From: Octopus bimaculoides
Taxonomy: Eukaryota
Direction of reading: 5' to 3'
Assembly: GCF_001194135.2 (NCBI RefSeq)
Contig: NC_068985.1
Coordinates: 34,292,664 to 34,356,663, forward strand
Length of the DNA: 64,000 nucleotides
The notes below the pieces were generated by a model. It worked only from the letters and a program-made list of their open reading frames with translations, was not told the origin of the DNA and did not search any database. Each line of letters starts with the position of its first letter. The first letter of the stretch is position 1. Positions 37,901-51,990 of this stretch are shown piece by piece. The position numbers and the translations under genes were made by a program.

Positions 37901-39761
37901 AACTAATACCAATCCATGGGAAACAATCGGAAAGTAATATAATACCCCACACCATGTTTCACTTCACTTCATTTCTCCACCACCACCACCACCACCACCA
38001 CCACCACCGCCACCATCACCACTACCAACAAGCCAACCCATGACCCATTCACCTCAAGCGCAATAGAAGCTGTGTGCTTCCAACCAGCATGTCTGAAGAG
38101 CCATAAACTATCTAAGTGCAATGAAGAAACAGATAGCAACACTCCAGTCGACCACTTGCCACAACCTGAAATACACTGCTTGACAATATTTAAAAATATA
38201 ACCTCTCTATTACTTAAATTACATGAAAAGTACACATAACCAAAGCAAAAGAAGCATTTGTGTAAGTGCAGCTCGTGTATAGTTTTTTTTTCATTCAGTT
38301 TTCATCATGGTATTTATAATATTTATATATTTTTTGCATTGGTTAAGCATTGGCTTTTTGGAAATAATTTCATACGCAAACTACTCCTCACATTTCCAAG
38401 ATAAAAATCTGTTCATAAATTGCTCTAATATATTTACTGCAGCCAAATAAGTTTTTGAAAAAGTTACAGTTCATATTGCAGTTTTAGGAGAAATTCATTT
38501 TCAATATTTCAGTTGAGCTCTATCAAGCTAGATAGGAATATTGATTAATTGATGGTAAACAGTATTTCCCTTCACGTTGATGGAACTGAGGTTTGTTTCA
38601 GTTTTTGTGAATGCTTACAATCATATATTTTCTACTGAAAGTAGCTCTTGTTTTATTATATGCAGCATTGTTATCTCTGCCTGTGGCAGAATGCACACTA
38701 ACATGAGATAGTTGCCCCCGTAGTATGAATCTATGTTATTGGTCATACCTTATGTGAGTTTCATCAACCATATGCTTCAGTGCTAGCTTAGGGAATGTTA
38801 GAAGAGGGTATTAGTTTGGGAGTTTTTCTCCTCCTAGATTGATTGCTTTCATTGCAGTTAAAGAACTCAATCTACCCTTACAAAAATCTATTTAATCCAC
38901 AGATGGAATCCTGACAGGTACTAGTATTCTGAGTCAGAACAGACCTGAGCTAGAAATAATGGTAATTAAGGAATGACTCCATGCTGACCATAACAACAGA
39001 ACTCCCAAATTGAAGTCTCAGCACCAGATGCAGTTTAATGTCATTCCCAGTTTTATTATACAGTTCCTGTATAAATGTTATTTATCCAAATGTCAGCCTT
39101 AAGTAAGCAAATTTGTGACTGAAAGCATTCCTTCTATGACCATCCTATTTTTTTAATACATAGTGTATTTAAGAATACATTAATAAGTGTACTTGTCATT
39201 ATTATTGAATAGCTCCAGTTGAATTTACTTCAGTAGGTCTTTTGCATTTAGACTATTAATAGAATACTTAGGGGCTGTCTATAATTGGATATGTGATATC
39301 TAGAGCTAAAATACCTAGCATGTTCATTATATGCTGGACTGAATGTATTGTTTGCATTATATAATAAAAATTCTAGCTGTGGTGGCACATGTCTGTTGTG
39401 AGAGGGAATGCTGTCTTGATATATAAATGACTAAAATATGTTTCATTTTCAGAAACCTTAGTGTTTGTGAGTTTTAATTGCCTCATTCACCAGATGATGC
39501 AGCTATATACAGAAAATATTTATGGCTTGTAGTAATCATAACTTAATGTTTAATAATTGCTGTTGTTTAACTGCAAGTCAGTCTTCAGAAATTTTTCAGT
39601 GATTTTCATGCTGGCAGCCAGTGTTGGGAATTGCATACCTTGCTCAGTGTTAGGATTCAAAGAATTAAACAAATTTCATAATAAATGATAGCAATATGTT
39701 TCATAGTTTCTCAAACATTTTTTGTGTTTTAAAAATCTTATATATTTATTTTTATTTATAG

Positions 39762-40010
39762 ATGTACCTGATATTACTGCATCAGAGGATGTGACATTAA
39801 TTGAGAATCAAGCATCCATTGTAAACTGTTCTGCAAAAGGAAACCCTATCCCAGAAGTGAGGTTGGAATGTAGAAATCACAGTTTTCCTTCAAACTCCCC
39901 ATTTACTTTTAATCGTAGAAATATCAGTGATGTTTTCTGTGTTGCCAATGCAAAGAGCACAAAGCATGGAAATCTGACATCTCGGAAAAAAATTAATATC
40001 CTGTTGAAAT
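39762..40010 (+). CDS. IgSF receptor exon: Ig-like domain 6
   Basis: ttatttatag| ... T|gtatga; 249 nt, phase 1-1; VTLIENQASIVNCSAKGNPIPEVRL...VFCVAN. Confidence 0.9.
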
Positions 40011-40839
40011 GTATGATAAGAATATACTACTATTATTACTAGTCCTACTCTTCCTACTCTTCCTCCTCCCCTCCTCTTCCTCCTCCCCTCCTNNNNNNNN
40101 NNNNNNNNNNNNNNNNNNNNNNNNNNNNNNNNNNNNNNNNNNNNNNNNNNNNNNNNNNNNNNNNNNNNNNNNNNNNNNNNNNNNNNNNNNNNNNNNNNNN
40201 NNNNNNNNNNNNNNNNNNNNNNNNNNNNNNNNNNNNNNNNNNNNNNNNNNNNNNNNNNNNNNNNNNNNNNNNNNNNNNNNNNNNNNNNNNNNNNNNNNNN
40301 NNNNNNNNNNNNNNNNNNNNNNNNNNNNNNNNNNNNNNNNNNNNNNNNNNNNNNNNNNNNNNNNNNNNNNNNNNNNNNNNNNNNNNNNNNNNNNNNNNNN
40401 NNNNNNNNNNNNNNNNNNNNNNNNNNNNNNNNNNNNNNNNNNNNNNNNNNNNNNNNNNNNNNNNNNNNNNNNNNNNNNNNNNNNCTCTTCCTCCTCCCTC
40501 CTCTTCCTCCTCCCCTCCTCTTCCGCCTCCCCCTCTTCCTCTCCACTCCTCCCCACCCCTCCCCACCCCTCCTCCAGTAAGCTGACCAGTAAGCTGACCA
40601 GTAAGCTGACACCTTGTTCACTGATTTTAGTACCTTCCAGAATCTAAGTCTTTTATTTCCTTTGCATAATTTCTCAGATTAAGTGGAAAATTGTGTCCTT
40701 GAACAAGCCCATCATATCACATTGCTTTAATCTACTCAGTTGAAAATGAGTACCAACTGACTCCTGGTGAAGATCCCCCATCTCTCTCTCTCTTCAGCTG
40801 TCACATCTTTCATGATCTACTGGGCTGGTAAGGTGTCTA

Positions 40840-41150
40840 TGTCTACTCGAAATGTAGTTTACAGCATAAGATGGATAGAAAGTGCTTGTAAAGACATGAA
40901 CATAATGTACATAGGGGAGACATCTAGGAGCATTGCGGAATGACTAAATAAATATCTGAGACAATATGATGACAAAAAACAGTCCTCCATACTCTACCAA
41001 CATGCCAAAGACCACCATGGAGGCAACTTGAGTCAACCTGACATCCATATCTTATCCAAGCACCCAAAAGACCCAACACTCAGACAAATACGGGAGTGCA
41101 TCCTTATAAATGAAATTTCCCCAATACTAAATAGGAAATACACATAATAG
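40840..41150 (+). mobile_element. Penelope-like GIY-YIG fragment
   Basis: ...YQHAKDHHGGNLSQ-DIHILSKHPKDPTLRQIRECILINEISPILNRK. Confidence 0.6.
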
Positions 41151-41184
41151 ATATAGTATTTAAAATTTTGAGTGTAAAAAGCGC

Positions 41185-42240
41185 ATTGTTCAATGAGCTT
41201 TTTCAATGAGCATTATTCAATGACACAGAAGTGTTTGAACATGGAGAAAAACAATGACGAGGACTACATCACATATGCTGGTAGAGTAAACAGGGAATGT
41301 GAGAAGTTTAAGCTGGATGAATTAACACCAGATATGTTCAGATGCTTGATTTTTTACACAAGGACTTACTACTGAAAAGGACACAGAAGCTAGAGCTAGA
41401 GTTCTCACAAAGCCGGAACAAAACCAAGATGAAACCCTACAGCAAATGTCAGAAGAATGTGAAAGGATAGTCAAATTAAGACAGAGCACAGAGGAAATTG
41501 AACATAAAGATTGTTTCCAAGTAAAGCAAGTGTGAAATAGTCAGAATAGAGATAATGTGTTTTCTAAAAAACAACAAAAATCAGGAAGTAAACCCATGTT
41601 TTGCATGTGGAGGTATACACTTGAGGAAAAATTTTCCATTTAAAACAGTGGAGTGCTTTCATAGGACATATAAAGACACACAGTAGAATGAAGATGATAA
41701 AGCATCAGAACAAAGAAAAAAGAATAAATAGTATGTCATTGAAAGAAATTGGTAATATAATGAAGAGGAATTCATGAAGGTGAAAATCAGAAATACAAGT
41801 GTTAAAATGCAGTTGACACTGGTAGTGACATTACCATTATAAACAAAAAAAAACTTGGAAATATGTTGGTAAGCTGAAATTAATGAAATCGGAAAAGGTG
41901 GCACATGGTGTTATGGGAAAAAGAATATATTTTTTTTAGTGAATTCGTATGTAGTGTAACATTTTGAGGTTAAACAAAAGAGGCAAAGATATATGTATTA
42001 AAAAGTTCACTCAGTTTATTCAGCACAGAGGGGATAGAACTATTCAAATTGTGGGCTATGCCCGCAAGTGTTCTGTGTAGAAATATTGTTGGGTCAGTCA
42101 AAGGTTCAAATGAGGCTGAAGGATTGAAACAAAAAATGAAAAAATTATTTCCAAATGTTTTTTTTGGAAGAACTGGGTTGTTGTACAAAAACAAGCTAAG
42201 ATTGCTGTTAAACAAAGTGCAACAAGCTCAAATTGTTCCA
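41185..42240 (+). mobile_element. Ty3/Gypsy gag-protease remnant (same family as 1-1190)
   Basis: DYITYAGRVNRECEKFKL..LTPDMFRCLIF; 42123-42225 aligns nucleotide by nucleotide with window 1-110. Confidence 0.8.
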
Positions 42241-42477
42241 TGATTATGGATTTGGAATGAATAAAATCCTTCACAGAGTCTTGCTATGATACACTACATG
42301 AGAAAAAATATTCAGTGTCAGTCACAAGATCTGAAGTGTTACAAGACACATTCATGTATTACTATAACTATGTTATTTATAAATTTATTTTTAAAATGTG
42401 TACGGAACTGAAATTTTGTATTAATTTTTATTGTATATTTTAAACTGAAACTTTTCTAATTAAATTTTTTTTTAAAG

Positions 42478-42732
42478 ATCCTCCTCAGGTAAACATTAAT
42501 ATTTCAGAGGGGATGTACAATGCTACAATAATTAATTGCACTGCATCTGATGGAAACCCAGAGATTTATGAATACAAACTGAAGCAAAAATGGGGAAATG
42601 CCACTAAGAATACTTATAATATGAATGTATTATCTATAAACAATCCTTCCTTCAGTAATACTGGTACATGGGAGTGTCATGTAAGCAATGAAGATTTTCA
42701 TGTCAATAGATCATCAAGCTACAAAATTCCAG
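42478..42732 (+). CDS. IgSF receptor exon: Ig-like domain 7 (followed by a GC donor)
   Basis: tttaaag| ... CAG|gcaagt; 255 nt, phase 1-1; YPP...IINCTASDGNP...LSINNPSFSNTGTWECHVSN. Confidence 0.85.
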
Positions 42733-43199
42733 GCAAGTATTTTACTAAGCCACAATTAAAATTTTAAAATATGCTTAAAATTTTAATTGTTATTTTCAAA
42801 ATGGTAGAATTTTTCAGTTATTTGGTCTATTTAATGACATTGTTGGACTTTGTTATTTTTTTATGTATATCAAAAATATTGATAATTTTTAACTATAATT
42901 TTCTGGAATGGTTTCATATGTAAATATAGTTTTAATAAATCCAATATCATCAAATTAAAAAAAGAAAAAAAAAAAAAGAAAGAAATAAAACAAACAAAAA
43001 AACTGAAGCTGTTTTTCAAGCATTCATTCTGTCATGAAATAGTTGCCTGTTTGAGTTTAATTATGTAATTTCTTATTTCTTATTATTTCAACTGTCTATT
43101 GTATATCTGTATAAAGATTGTATTCTAAATTAACCTATTAGGCAAGAATATAAAATATTTATTTTTATTCCAAATTATAAAGATATAGATTTGGAGATA

Positions 43200-43560
43200 G
43201 TTTACTTTTTGGCAAATAGAAGACTTATTTTCTAAGTGTAGTAATATGGGTGTTCTAAATTTATATCACGTTATTTTTATCAGTTTTTGAAGGCAAAACA
43301 ATGTCTATATCCTGCTTAGACTTTCATGAAGGTCACTTTGTAACATAAAGGGCTGGTTTCCAGAGGATTTACTTTTATAGATCTTTTATTGGTGACTACT
43401 TCAAAGGTCTTGAGATTTAAAGTAATGTAAGAAATGAATCAACATTATTGGTATAATCTTAGAAATATTGACTATGAGACCAATAGGCTGTTTCTGGGTA
43501 GCATTGGAGTCTTTATTGGAGATGATGCACATAATTGCATATTCCATCATTCTAGATTAA
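43200..43560 (-). mobile_element. Highly decayed CR1/L2-like RT
   Basis: QPIGLIVNISKII...KSKSSGNQ resembles the YRPISL..ISKI / RSTxxQL RT motifs. Confidence 0.35.
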
Positions 43561-44770
43561 ATGATCTCTGAGAAGGAGAAATTTAAAAATTTGTAAGGAA
43601 TTAGTCAATTTGAAATAATAATTTCAAGGCAATGTCTTGGACAATATCAGATAGTGGTAATTACTTTTTAAATTACATAAGTTTCAGAATCTTTGAAGTG
43701 ATATCTAGTACAGGTTATATAAAATCAGATACTTTGAAAAACTTTCCTTTTTATGTTACACAGTAACTGCTTATATTTGACTACATCTATAAAAATAATC
43801 AGTAAGCTATGTTATCTGCTTTTAGACATCACTTGAAACTGTAAAGTTGACTTGCTGGTTTTAAGTGACCAAAGGTTTTTTGCACTTAAAAGCTATAGAG
43901 GTGACATCTTCAGTAATGAGTAGAGTTGAAAAAAAGGAACTGATTGAATGTTTGTTATGTGTAGAAAGTTAAATTGGATTCAATTTTGGTAGCAAATATA
44001 CATATGTTCATATTATTGGGTTGGTAAAAGAGTGGTGGAAAAGACTCTGACAAGTTGCTGGTTGTCTAATTAGCAAGAATCTGTGTAATTGTAATTAAGA
44101 GAGATAAAAACTTATATTGAATAAATGTATATTTTACTCTTTTATCAATCTTGATATTGAAGTCTCATATGTGTGATAGAATTTTCTTCAAGTGTTATAT
44201 TATTGTTTGTATTGTAGTAGAACAAATTCTTGTAAAGCACTCAGTGGTTGTTAATTTATATGATTTAGTGGTGTGTGAAATTGAGAGGATGTTACACATG
44301 AATCAAAATTGTGTTTGGCATTTGACAGGTTATTCAGATCTTTTACATAATTATTACTACAGACTGGTGAAATAGAATTTAGAGAAATACAGGGAGTTGC
44401 GTGATTTGAGCATATGGAATGTGGTGAAACAATGTTAGAGGATCCTGTGGGATTATGCACTGTGGTTGTTTTGTAAAGGTTGTATTTGAATGAGATGATG
44501 AACTGAAATTTGTTTAGGAACTAGGGATTCTAATTTGGAGCTGAAGTTGTACAGATGTTTGTAATTATCAATGTTTTAACCTTAAATACTAATCAGATAA
44601 AACTGAAAGCGCGTAAGTAAATTTCTGTTATCAAATTATATTGTTTACATTTTATTAGTCCATCTTTTTTAAAAAACAAACAAACTTAAGAATAATCTAT
44701 TCAAAATTTATAATGTTTAATATTGGCAGAAAATATTTAATTTCTAATATTTTATTATTTTTTTCACCAG

Positions 44771-45076
44771 TGAAACCTATTTTCAGTTCAGTATTCAATG
44801 ATCCTAAGAGAAATGTTTCAAATGGAGAAACTGTAATTTTCAAACAGTGTTTTTATTCACATCCAAAATCTGATGTAAAATGGCAAAAAAACGAGGAATC
44901 AATTGACTCAGACAAATATTCAACAACTGATTATTTATCAAGTGAATTTCCTTTCAAAGGAAGCTGTACTAGTTTAAAGATAGAAGACATCAAAGGTAAT
45001 GATTTTGGTATATATGTCTTAACAGTAGAAAACCCCATAGGGAAAGAAGTGACTATTTTTACCTTGAGATCTGAAG
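44771..45076 (+). CDS. IgSF receptor exon: membrane-proximal Ig domain 8 (I-set-like)
   Basis: ttttcaccag| ... G|gtaagt; 306 nt, phase 1-1; GETVIF...HPKSDVKWQKN...SLKIEDIKGNDFGIYVLTVENPIG. Confidence 0.92.
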
Positions 45077-45799
45077 GTAAGTTGTTACATGTTTGTAATT
45101 ATTCTTTAATCACTTAAAATATTGTTTCATGTTATATAGAATATTAGTTTTGTTTTTTGTTTAGTGTTTACATTTGGATGTAATAATAATAGTCCCTTAA
45201 TGAATATACTAGGAAATTGCTAGAGGCAAACTTTCATTGAAAAACCATTCCTTTAACTTTAGTAATCAGGTTTTCAAGTTACCTACTTTAATTGTTTATT
45301 AAGCAAAAGATAACTAAATAAGAATGGAAATGACATGAATGGGATAAAACTTTCTACTGAAATATGGAAAGAGTGAACTGTTACATATAAATACTGAAAT
45401 AATACTTCTTTTTGACCTTTTACTGGTCCAAATTAGTTAAATCTATTTAGTTATTTTACTTATAAGATTCCAAATAGCTCCTTCAAGAATATTTAATAAA
45501 TCTGTTAATTGTACACACATTTTACAACTGAATATTTGAATTGATGTAATATAGCAAGTTAAATGATGACAAAGCAAACATGAGGTGGAAAAATTGCAAA
45601 AATTGTATCAGAACTACCTTGAGACAAGATACCACTGCAAGTTAGACACAATTGTTTCAGAGTAGATTGCTTGAAGATGATGGTTCATCTGTGGTTTTCA
45701 TTAGTTAAAGAACAAAAGTCTAGAGCAGAGTTGAGGGAACTTTTCAATATGGGGTGGGGTGAGTTGAAATGTAAAGAATCTGTGGAGCACATTTGTATG

Positions 45800-45845
<46 letters not shown>

Positions 45846-45859
45846 TTACTAATCGAAAT

Positions 45860-46378
45860 TGAACCAAATTTGATGAATGGCACCCATGCCAACCTTCCCT
45901 CATTGGACACTAAACTCAGCTTGTGAAGACCTGTTGGGGCAAGTAAGATCGAAACTGAACCAAATTTGATGACTGGCACCCATGCCAGTGAAGCACTAAC
46001 AGCACCATCCGAGTGGGATCACTGCCAGAGCAGCGGTCTGCGCGATCATTTCCAGCTTTGCCTTACTGGCATTTGTGCCGGTGGCACGTGAACAAAGCAT
46101 TGGACTGACTCCTGTGCAAGTGGCACGAAAAAATCACCATTTGAGCGTGGCCATTGCCAGTACCGCTGGACTGGCCCTCATGCCGGTGGAATGTAAAAAG
46201 CACCCACTACACTCTCAGAGTGGTTGGCGTTAGGAAGGGCATCCAGCTGTAGAAACTCTGCCAGATTAGATTGGAGTCTGGTGTAGCCATCCGGTTCGCT
46301 AGTCCCCAGTCAAATCGTCCAACCCATGCTAGCATGGAAAGCGGACTTTAAATGATGATGATGATGATGATGATGATA
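45860..46378 (+). mobile_element. RTE 3' UTR with (GAT)n tail
   Basis: Ends atgctagcatggaaagcggactttaaatgatgatgat. Confidence 0.8.
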
Positions 46379-47554
46379 TTTAATTTTGCTTTTCATATGA
46401 ATTTTTGTAGGCTCTGTCATTGAGTAATTTAAAATCTGAACACTGAGGAGGGGTTCTCCAGCCCCAATCTAGACTATAATTATAAAATATACTCTGATTT
46501 TTACAGGGAAATAATATTATGTAGAATGGAAGAAATTTAAACTGTTCTCTGGCTTGAATAAATTGAAGCTGTCATGTTGACTTTTAGGCCTTTAGTCTAC
46601 AGATCTTTCTTTTAAATGTGAAATATTCGTCACAATTATTCAACAAACTCTGCTATAAGACCTTAGCCAATTTTCTCAAAAATAGTTCTGAAATCATGTC
46701 TTAAAATTCAATAACTATAATGATTAGAATAGAAGGTGCTAATAATAGGACCCTAGCAAACAACTATATGTATGTAAAATTCCAACATGTAACTCCACTT
46801 TTCCTAGTAAAAATCATCACAACATTATGAGGGTTTGAAATCAGTATTTTAATCCAACAAACCTATTAGTTTTTCTGTACAATCACAGCTTATAATGCTG
46901 AACTATTCAATGCTGCATTATATAATTGCAGTTAAATCTGTGCAATCACGGAGAAGAGTAATTTGAAAAGAATCAGTCAAACATCATAATGCATAATAAA
47001 GTCTGAAACATTTCTCAACAAATTTATAAAATCAGCACAGATATTTCTTTAATTGCAAGGATGTAAGTTGGCTTTGGTTTCAATATTCCTTGATATTTTT
47101 TGACTGGCTTAATGTAGTTCAGAGGACATAAATACTATTTCTCTTTTAAATATCCCAACTCTAGATAAGTATTTTTAATACAAAATTATTTCTAGAGAGA
47201 ACTATGACTGGGGGTAGGAATACTTGAGCACGGGTGAGTAGTTACATACTGTATACAGATAAAGTTGAGATGTATGTATCTGACTTGCTCATCATTGGGA
47301 AGGAACATTTTAAATGCTTTTTTTTCAAAGCAATGGGCTTTGTAAAGATGTAATTAGTGCTACTAACATGGAGAGAATGATAAGGTTTTTGTAGACAATA
47401 AGACACTTGTGACACCACTTAACTTCTACATGCTTCATTAACTGATGTGAAGATTGGTTGCTTCTTCAGTTTGTTTTTGTTCTCGTGGCTATGACCATGC
47501 TGGTACAGCATGTTACTGAGAATAAATACAGATGTGTTTGTTAGTGACAAGGCA

Positions 47555-49045
47555 GAGGATTTTATTATAAATGCTCCTCTATGCTGATGACCTGGCCCTC
47601 ATAGCAGAATCACTACTGGACCTAGAAAAGAAATTTAGGGTGTGGAAGCAAGGTTTAGAATCAAAAGGCCTTAGAGTCAATGTAGCAAAGACCAAAGTCT
47701 TAGTAAGTAGGAAAGCGAACCTGTCACACATCCCCTCAGGTAGGTGGCCCTGCGTGATCTGTAGAAAAGCTGTAGGTAGAAACTACATAAGATGTACCCA
47801 GTGTAAGCTATGGACACATAAGGGATGCAGCAACATAAAAGGAAGATTAACCGAGAAGATAGCTTTCGTGTGTGGCAGATGCACAGGGGCAATAAACAAC
47901 ACAAATGCTCAGAAAACAGCTTCCATCACACTCCAGGAGGAGAAACTAGAAGTAGTTGATAGCTTCCGCTACCTAGGTGACCAAGTTAGTAGTGGGGTGG
48001 ATGCTCAGAGAGTGTTATCACTAGAATAAGAATAGTCTGGGCAAAGTTCAGAAAGCTTCTACCCCTACTGGTGACAAAGGGCTTCTCGCTCAGAGTGAAA
48101 GGTTTATTGTATGATGCATGTGTGCGAACTGCCATGTTTCACGGCAGTGAAACATGGGCCATGACTGTGGAGGACATGCATAGGCTCGAAAGAAATGAAG
48201 CTAGCATGGATGTGTAATGTCAGTGTGCACACACGACTGACTGTAAGCGCCCTGAGAGAAATGTTGGACATAACAAGCATTGGATGTGGCGTGCAAGAGA
48301 GACGTTTGTGCTGGTATGGTCATGTACTAAGGATGGATGAGGAGAGATGTGTGAAGAAGTGCTACTCCCAAAGTTGAAGGAATTCTGGGTAGAGATAGAC
48401 CTTGAAAAATATGGGATGAGGTGGTCAAGCTTGACCTTCAAACGTTGGGCCTCACAGAGGCAATGATGAAAGACAGAGACTGCTGGAGATATGCTGTGAC
48501 TGCGAAGACCTGACAAATAAAGTGAGTTCACGGCTGTATCCTACACCAGTTTCACAAAACCAGCCCCAGCCCATTCAAAAGTACCTTGGACCGTAGGGCG
48601 ACCTGCTGTGCTTACCTTGGATCGTAGGGTGGCCTGCTGTGCTTGAGAAGACCTATTGTGTCAAGTACATCAACATCAAAATGAAAATCAAATGGAAATT
48701 GTAGTTGTGATACCTATGCAGGTGGCATGTAAAAAGCACCATCCAAACGTGGCGGATGCCAGCGCCACCATTGACTGACTTCTGAGCTGGTGGCACATAA
48801 AAAGCACCAGCCGATCGTGACCGTTGCCAGTCTCCTCTGGTCCCTGTGCCTGTGGCACGTAAAAAGCACTCACTATACTCATGGAGTAGTTGGCATTAGA
48901 AAAGGCATCCAGCTGTAGAAGTACTGCCAGATCAGACTGGTGCCTGGTGCAGCCTCCTGGCTTCCCAGACCCCGGTCAAACCAGTCAAACCGTCCAACCC
49001 ATGCTAGCATGGAAAACGGACGTTAAACGATGATGATGATGATAT
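47555..49045 (+). mobile_element. 5'-truncated RTE LINE (from YADD to the (GAT)n tail)
   Basis: ORF 47571..48029: LLYADDLALIAES...CTQCKLWTH...FRYLGD; 3' UTR and tail. Confidence 0.9.
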
Positions 49046-49589
49046 TATGAAGAGAATAAAATATGACAGTTAAAATGAATTTTGTATAGTTTCTACACTG
49101 TAGTTCCTAAAGTCAATAATTTTCTATGACCCCTTTTGTAATATTTTCCAATAGGGATCACTTTACATTTGACCTTTTTCTTGATTAAATATTTCTTGGT
49201 TTTTGCTTTGTAATGAATGTTTATTGTGCTTTTATACTTATAGTTTATTGTATAAAATGTTTATGAACATTTCATATTTTAATAAATAATTCAAAAATAT
49301 AAGATAACTTTTTAACCCTTTCAGAATTATACCTTCAACTATAGATGAGGGGCCACTGTTTTAAATATTGCTTATCAAAAAAGAAAGACCTGAGAATTTT
49401 CACAGTGTAATAAATTGTTGGACATTCTAATAGACAATTTACACTACATGTTTTAAATTACATCTCATGGATGCTTTGGGATTCTTCATCAATTATTTTT
49501 CTTGGGTCTTAGAGGGTTTCAGGTCTTTTAACATTAGATTCCTTCACCTAGTTAACCCAGTCATGGTTGATCACCTCTCAGATTATATA

Positions 49590-50260
49590 TATCCCAGTAG
49601 CAACAAATCACCAGTTTACTATCTTTGTCCAAATCCATCTTGTGACCTGTGTAGTTTCAGTAATAGAATTTATTGTTCTCCTCTTTGCTGCACCTGTAAT
49701 TTCAAGCCCAGTGACTTCCTTGCAGAATAATTGCCCCAAAAAACCTCAGCAGCTTACTTGCATTGCTTCACATTGTGCCTACCAGTCCTGGTTTCTGCAC
49801 AGCTCTGTCAGCTCTTTGCAAGCTTTCTTTCATGAGCCTCCTTCATGTGTTCTTCTCAGGGCTTAGTCAGTTCCCACATAATTGCCTGTTTGATAGAATT
49901 GGTATGATGTGCTCTAAAAAATTTAACTGTTCCATGGAATCCACTCTCAGGCAGCCTGTTTTGGGCTCTGGAAAGTAGGCATAGTGATTGATGTTTCAGT
50001 GAACTGGGACTCTCTCCATCTTCATTGATGGTACTTGGTGGTACTTGCTGGACTCAGTGGATGTTGTTATCACCTCTGTGACCACCTTGAATACTTGATC
50101 ATGTCACCAACACTAGTAGCCATCAGCTAAGTCTTTGAAGCAGCTCTGTGGAGAGGTTGAAGGGATCCTCTTTCAGTACACAAGAAACAGAAAGGCACTT
50201 CACTCATGCCCCATGTGTAAAAATTTCTGGGATTTGTTGAAGTGTCATAAGAAACCCAGT
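49590..50260 (-). mobile_element. R2/Hero-like restriction-like endonuclease fragment
   Basis: KQAIMWELTKP*EEHMKEAHERKLAK ... CEAMQVSC*GFLGQ. Confidence 0.6.
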
Positions 50261-50914
50261 CAATTAGTTGAATTGTGGTGATGGGATAGTACAGCAAATG
50301 AAGTGATAAGGAGTTAATGTGTACCCTACTAAGAAGGGAATTAATATATAATAGAATAAATTATTGTTTAATTTTTTATAACTACACAAAAAGATCATAT
50401 GTGCCTCCAATAATTTCATTTTTATATATTTTATTTTATTAAAAAATTAATAAAATAATCTTTTGCTTTAATTAGATTCTAGATTAAGTTTTGCAGGTGG
50501 GATAGAGTTTAAGATTAGATTTGGGTTTTAATTTTTTAATACTCAAAGGAGAAAGAGTAAGGGTTAGGAGGTTGTTAGAATAATGGTTACTATTAGAATT
50601 CTATGGACAAGGCAAGTGTTTATGATTTGGGTTAATTCTTAATCCACAAAATAATTTTATTTTCTAAGATCTTTAACAATATCATCATTGCAAAAAATAA
50701 GATTCATGGTGACAGTATTCATTTAGTAACATTCAATAGATATTTCAAAAGCATGATTTCTTATATTGCTAAATGAATTATAATAAAATAAAATAAAATT
50801 AATTATTACATAAAATATTTTGAGAAATACACTTGAAAAATTCAAGAAAATATTGATGTATCTCACAATAAAATGAAAATCAATATAAAATCTATTGGAA
50901 GCATACAATTCATA

Positions 50915-51990
50915 CAATTATATCATCTGGTGTACCACAGGAATCTGTTTTTGGTCCCCTTTTGTTAGTTGCATACATTAATGACATAGATGCCAATTTA
51001 AAGAATGCCACAGTGCTGAAACATGCAGATGATATTAAGCTGTACCTTGAGATAAAAAGGACAGATCCTGAACACTATAGTTCTTTCCTGCAATCAGACC
51101 TGGACACAATGCAACAATGGATCATGGACTGGCAACTCAAGCTGGCTGTGGACAAGTATACCACCATGCATTTTGGGAGGAAAACCCCAGCGTCCACATA
51201 CTCTCTCCACAACATTAATATCAAGAAGTCTTCTTGTGAACATGACCTGGGCATTACTGTCAGCAGTGATTTGCACTGGACAAATTACATCTCTAAAATT
51301 GTCAAGAAGGCCAAGGGTGTCTTGGCATCACTTAGCAAGACCTTTGTCAGCTGCTGCCCAGCCATCTATTCAAGGCCATGGTGCAGCCATACTTGGAATT
51401 TGCATCACCAGTCTGGAACTTCTGTCTTGCTCAGGACATTGACTTCCTGGAAACTGTTCAGAGATGTGCAACCAAGTGAATATTCTCCATCAGGCATCTA
51501 CCATACTCTGAATGCCTTGCTTCCCTGGGCATAGATACATTGAAGCTTCGACGTTTGGCAACTGACTTGGAAAACACCTACAAAATTATTAAGCATTGTG
51601 CCAATAGCCACCTTGAGTACTTTTTTGAGCTCCATGTGTCTAACACATGTGGGCATGCCTCCAAAGTCAGAAAACAGCACAGCTCCTATGACTTTTAGAA
51701 ACATTTTTTACACTCAGAGTTGTTGAAGCATGGAACAAACTACCTGCATCAGTTGTTAATTGCTGAGACATTGCATCCTTTAAAACCTGCATGCTTCCTG
51801 AAATTTGCCAACACTATACCTGATATCCCCACCTCCATACACATGCACACATGTATAACATGACTTATACACTGTTTACTTTCCTGGCTTTTGTACATAA
51901 TTCTATGTACTGTACATGCACCTTTGATGAGTTGTAGTACATCTGAGCACTATATACAATAATTTCATTATTATTATTATTAATAATAAC
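50915..51990 (+). mobile_element. CR1-clade LINE RT C-terminal half with (ATT)n tail
   Basis: SGVPQESVFGPLL...YIND...HADDIKLY...LQSDLD..QW..WQL...EHDLGITVSSDLHW. Confidence 0.85.

Noticed and set aside
6085-40647. Long ORFs containing X runs
   Set aside because: They are artefacts of translating N gaps and adjacent microsatellites.
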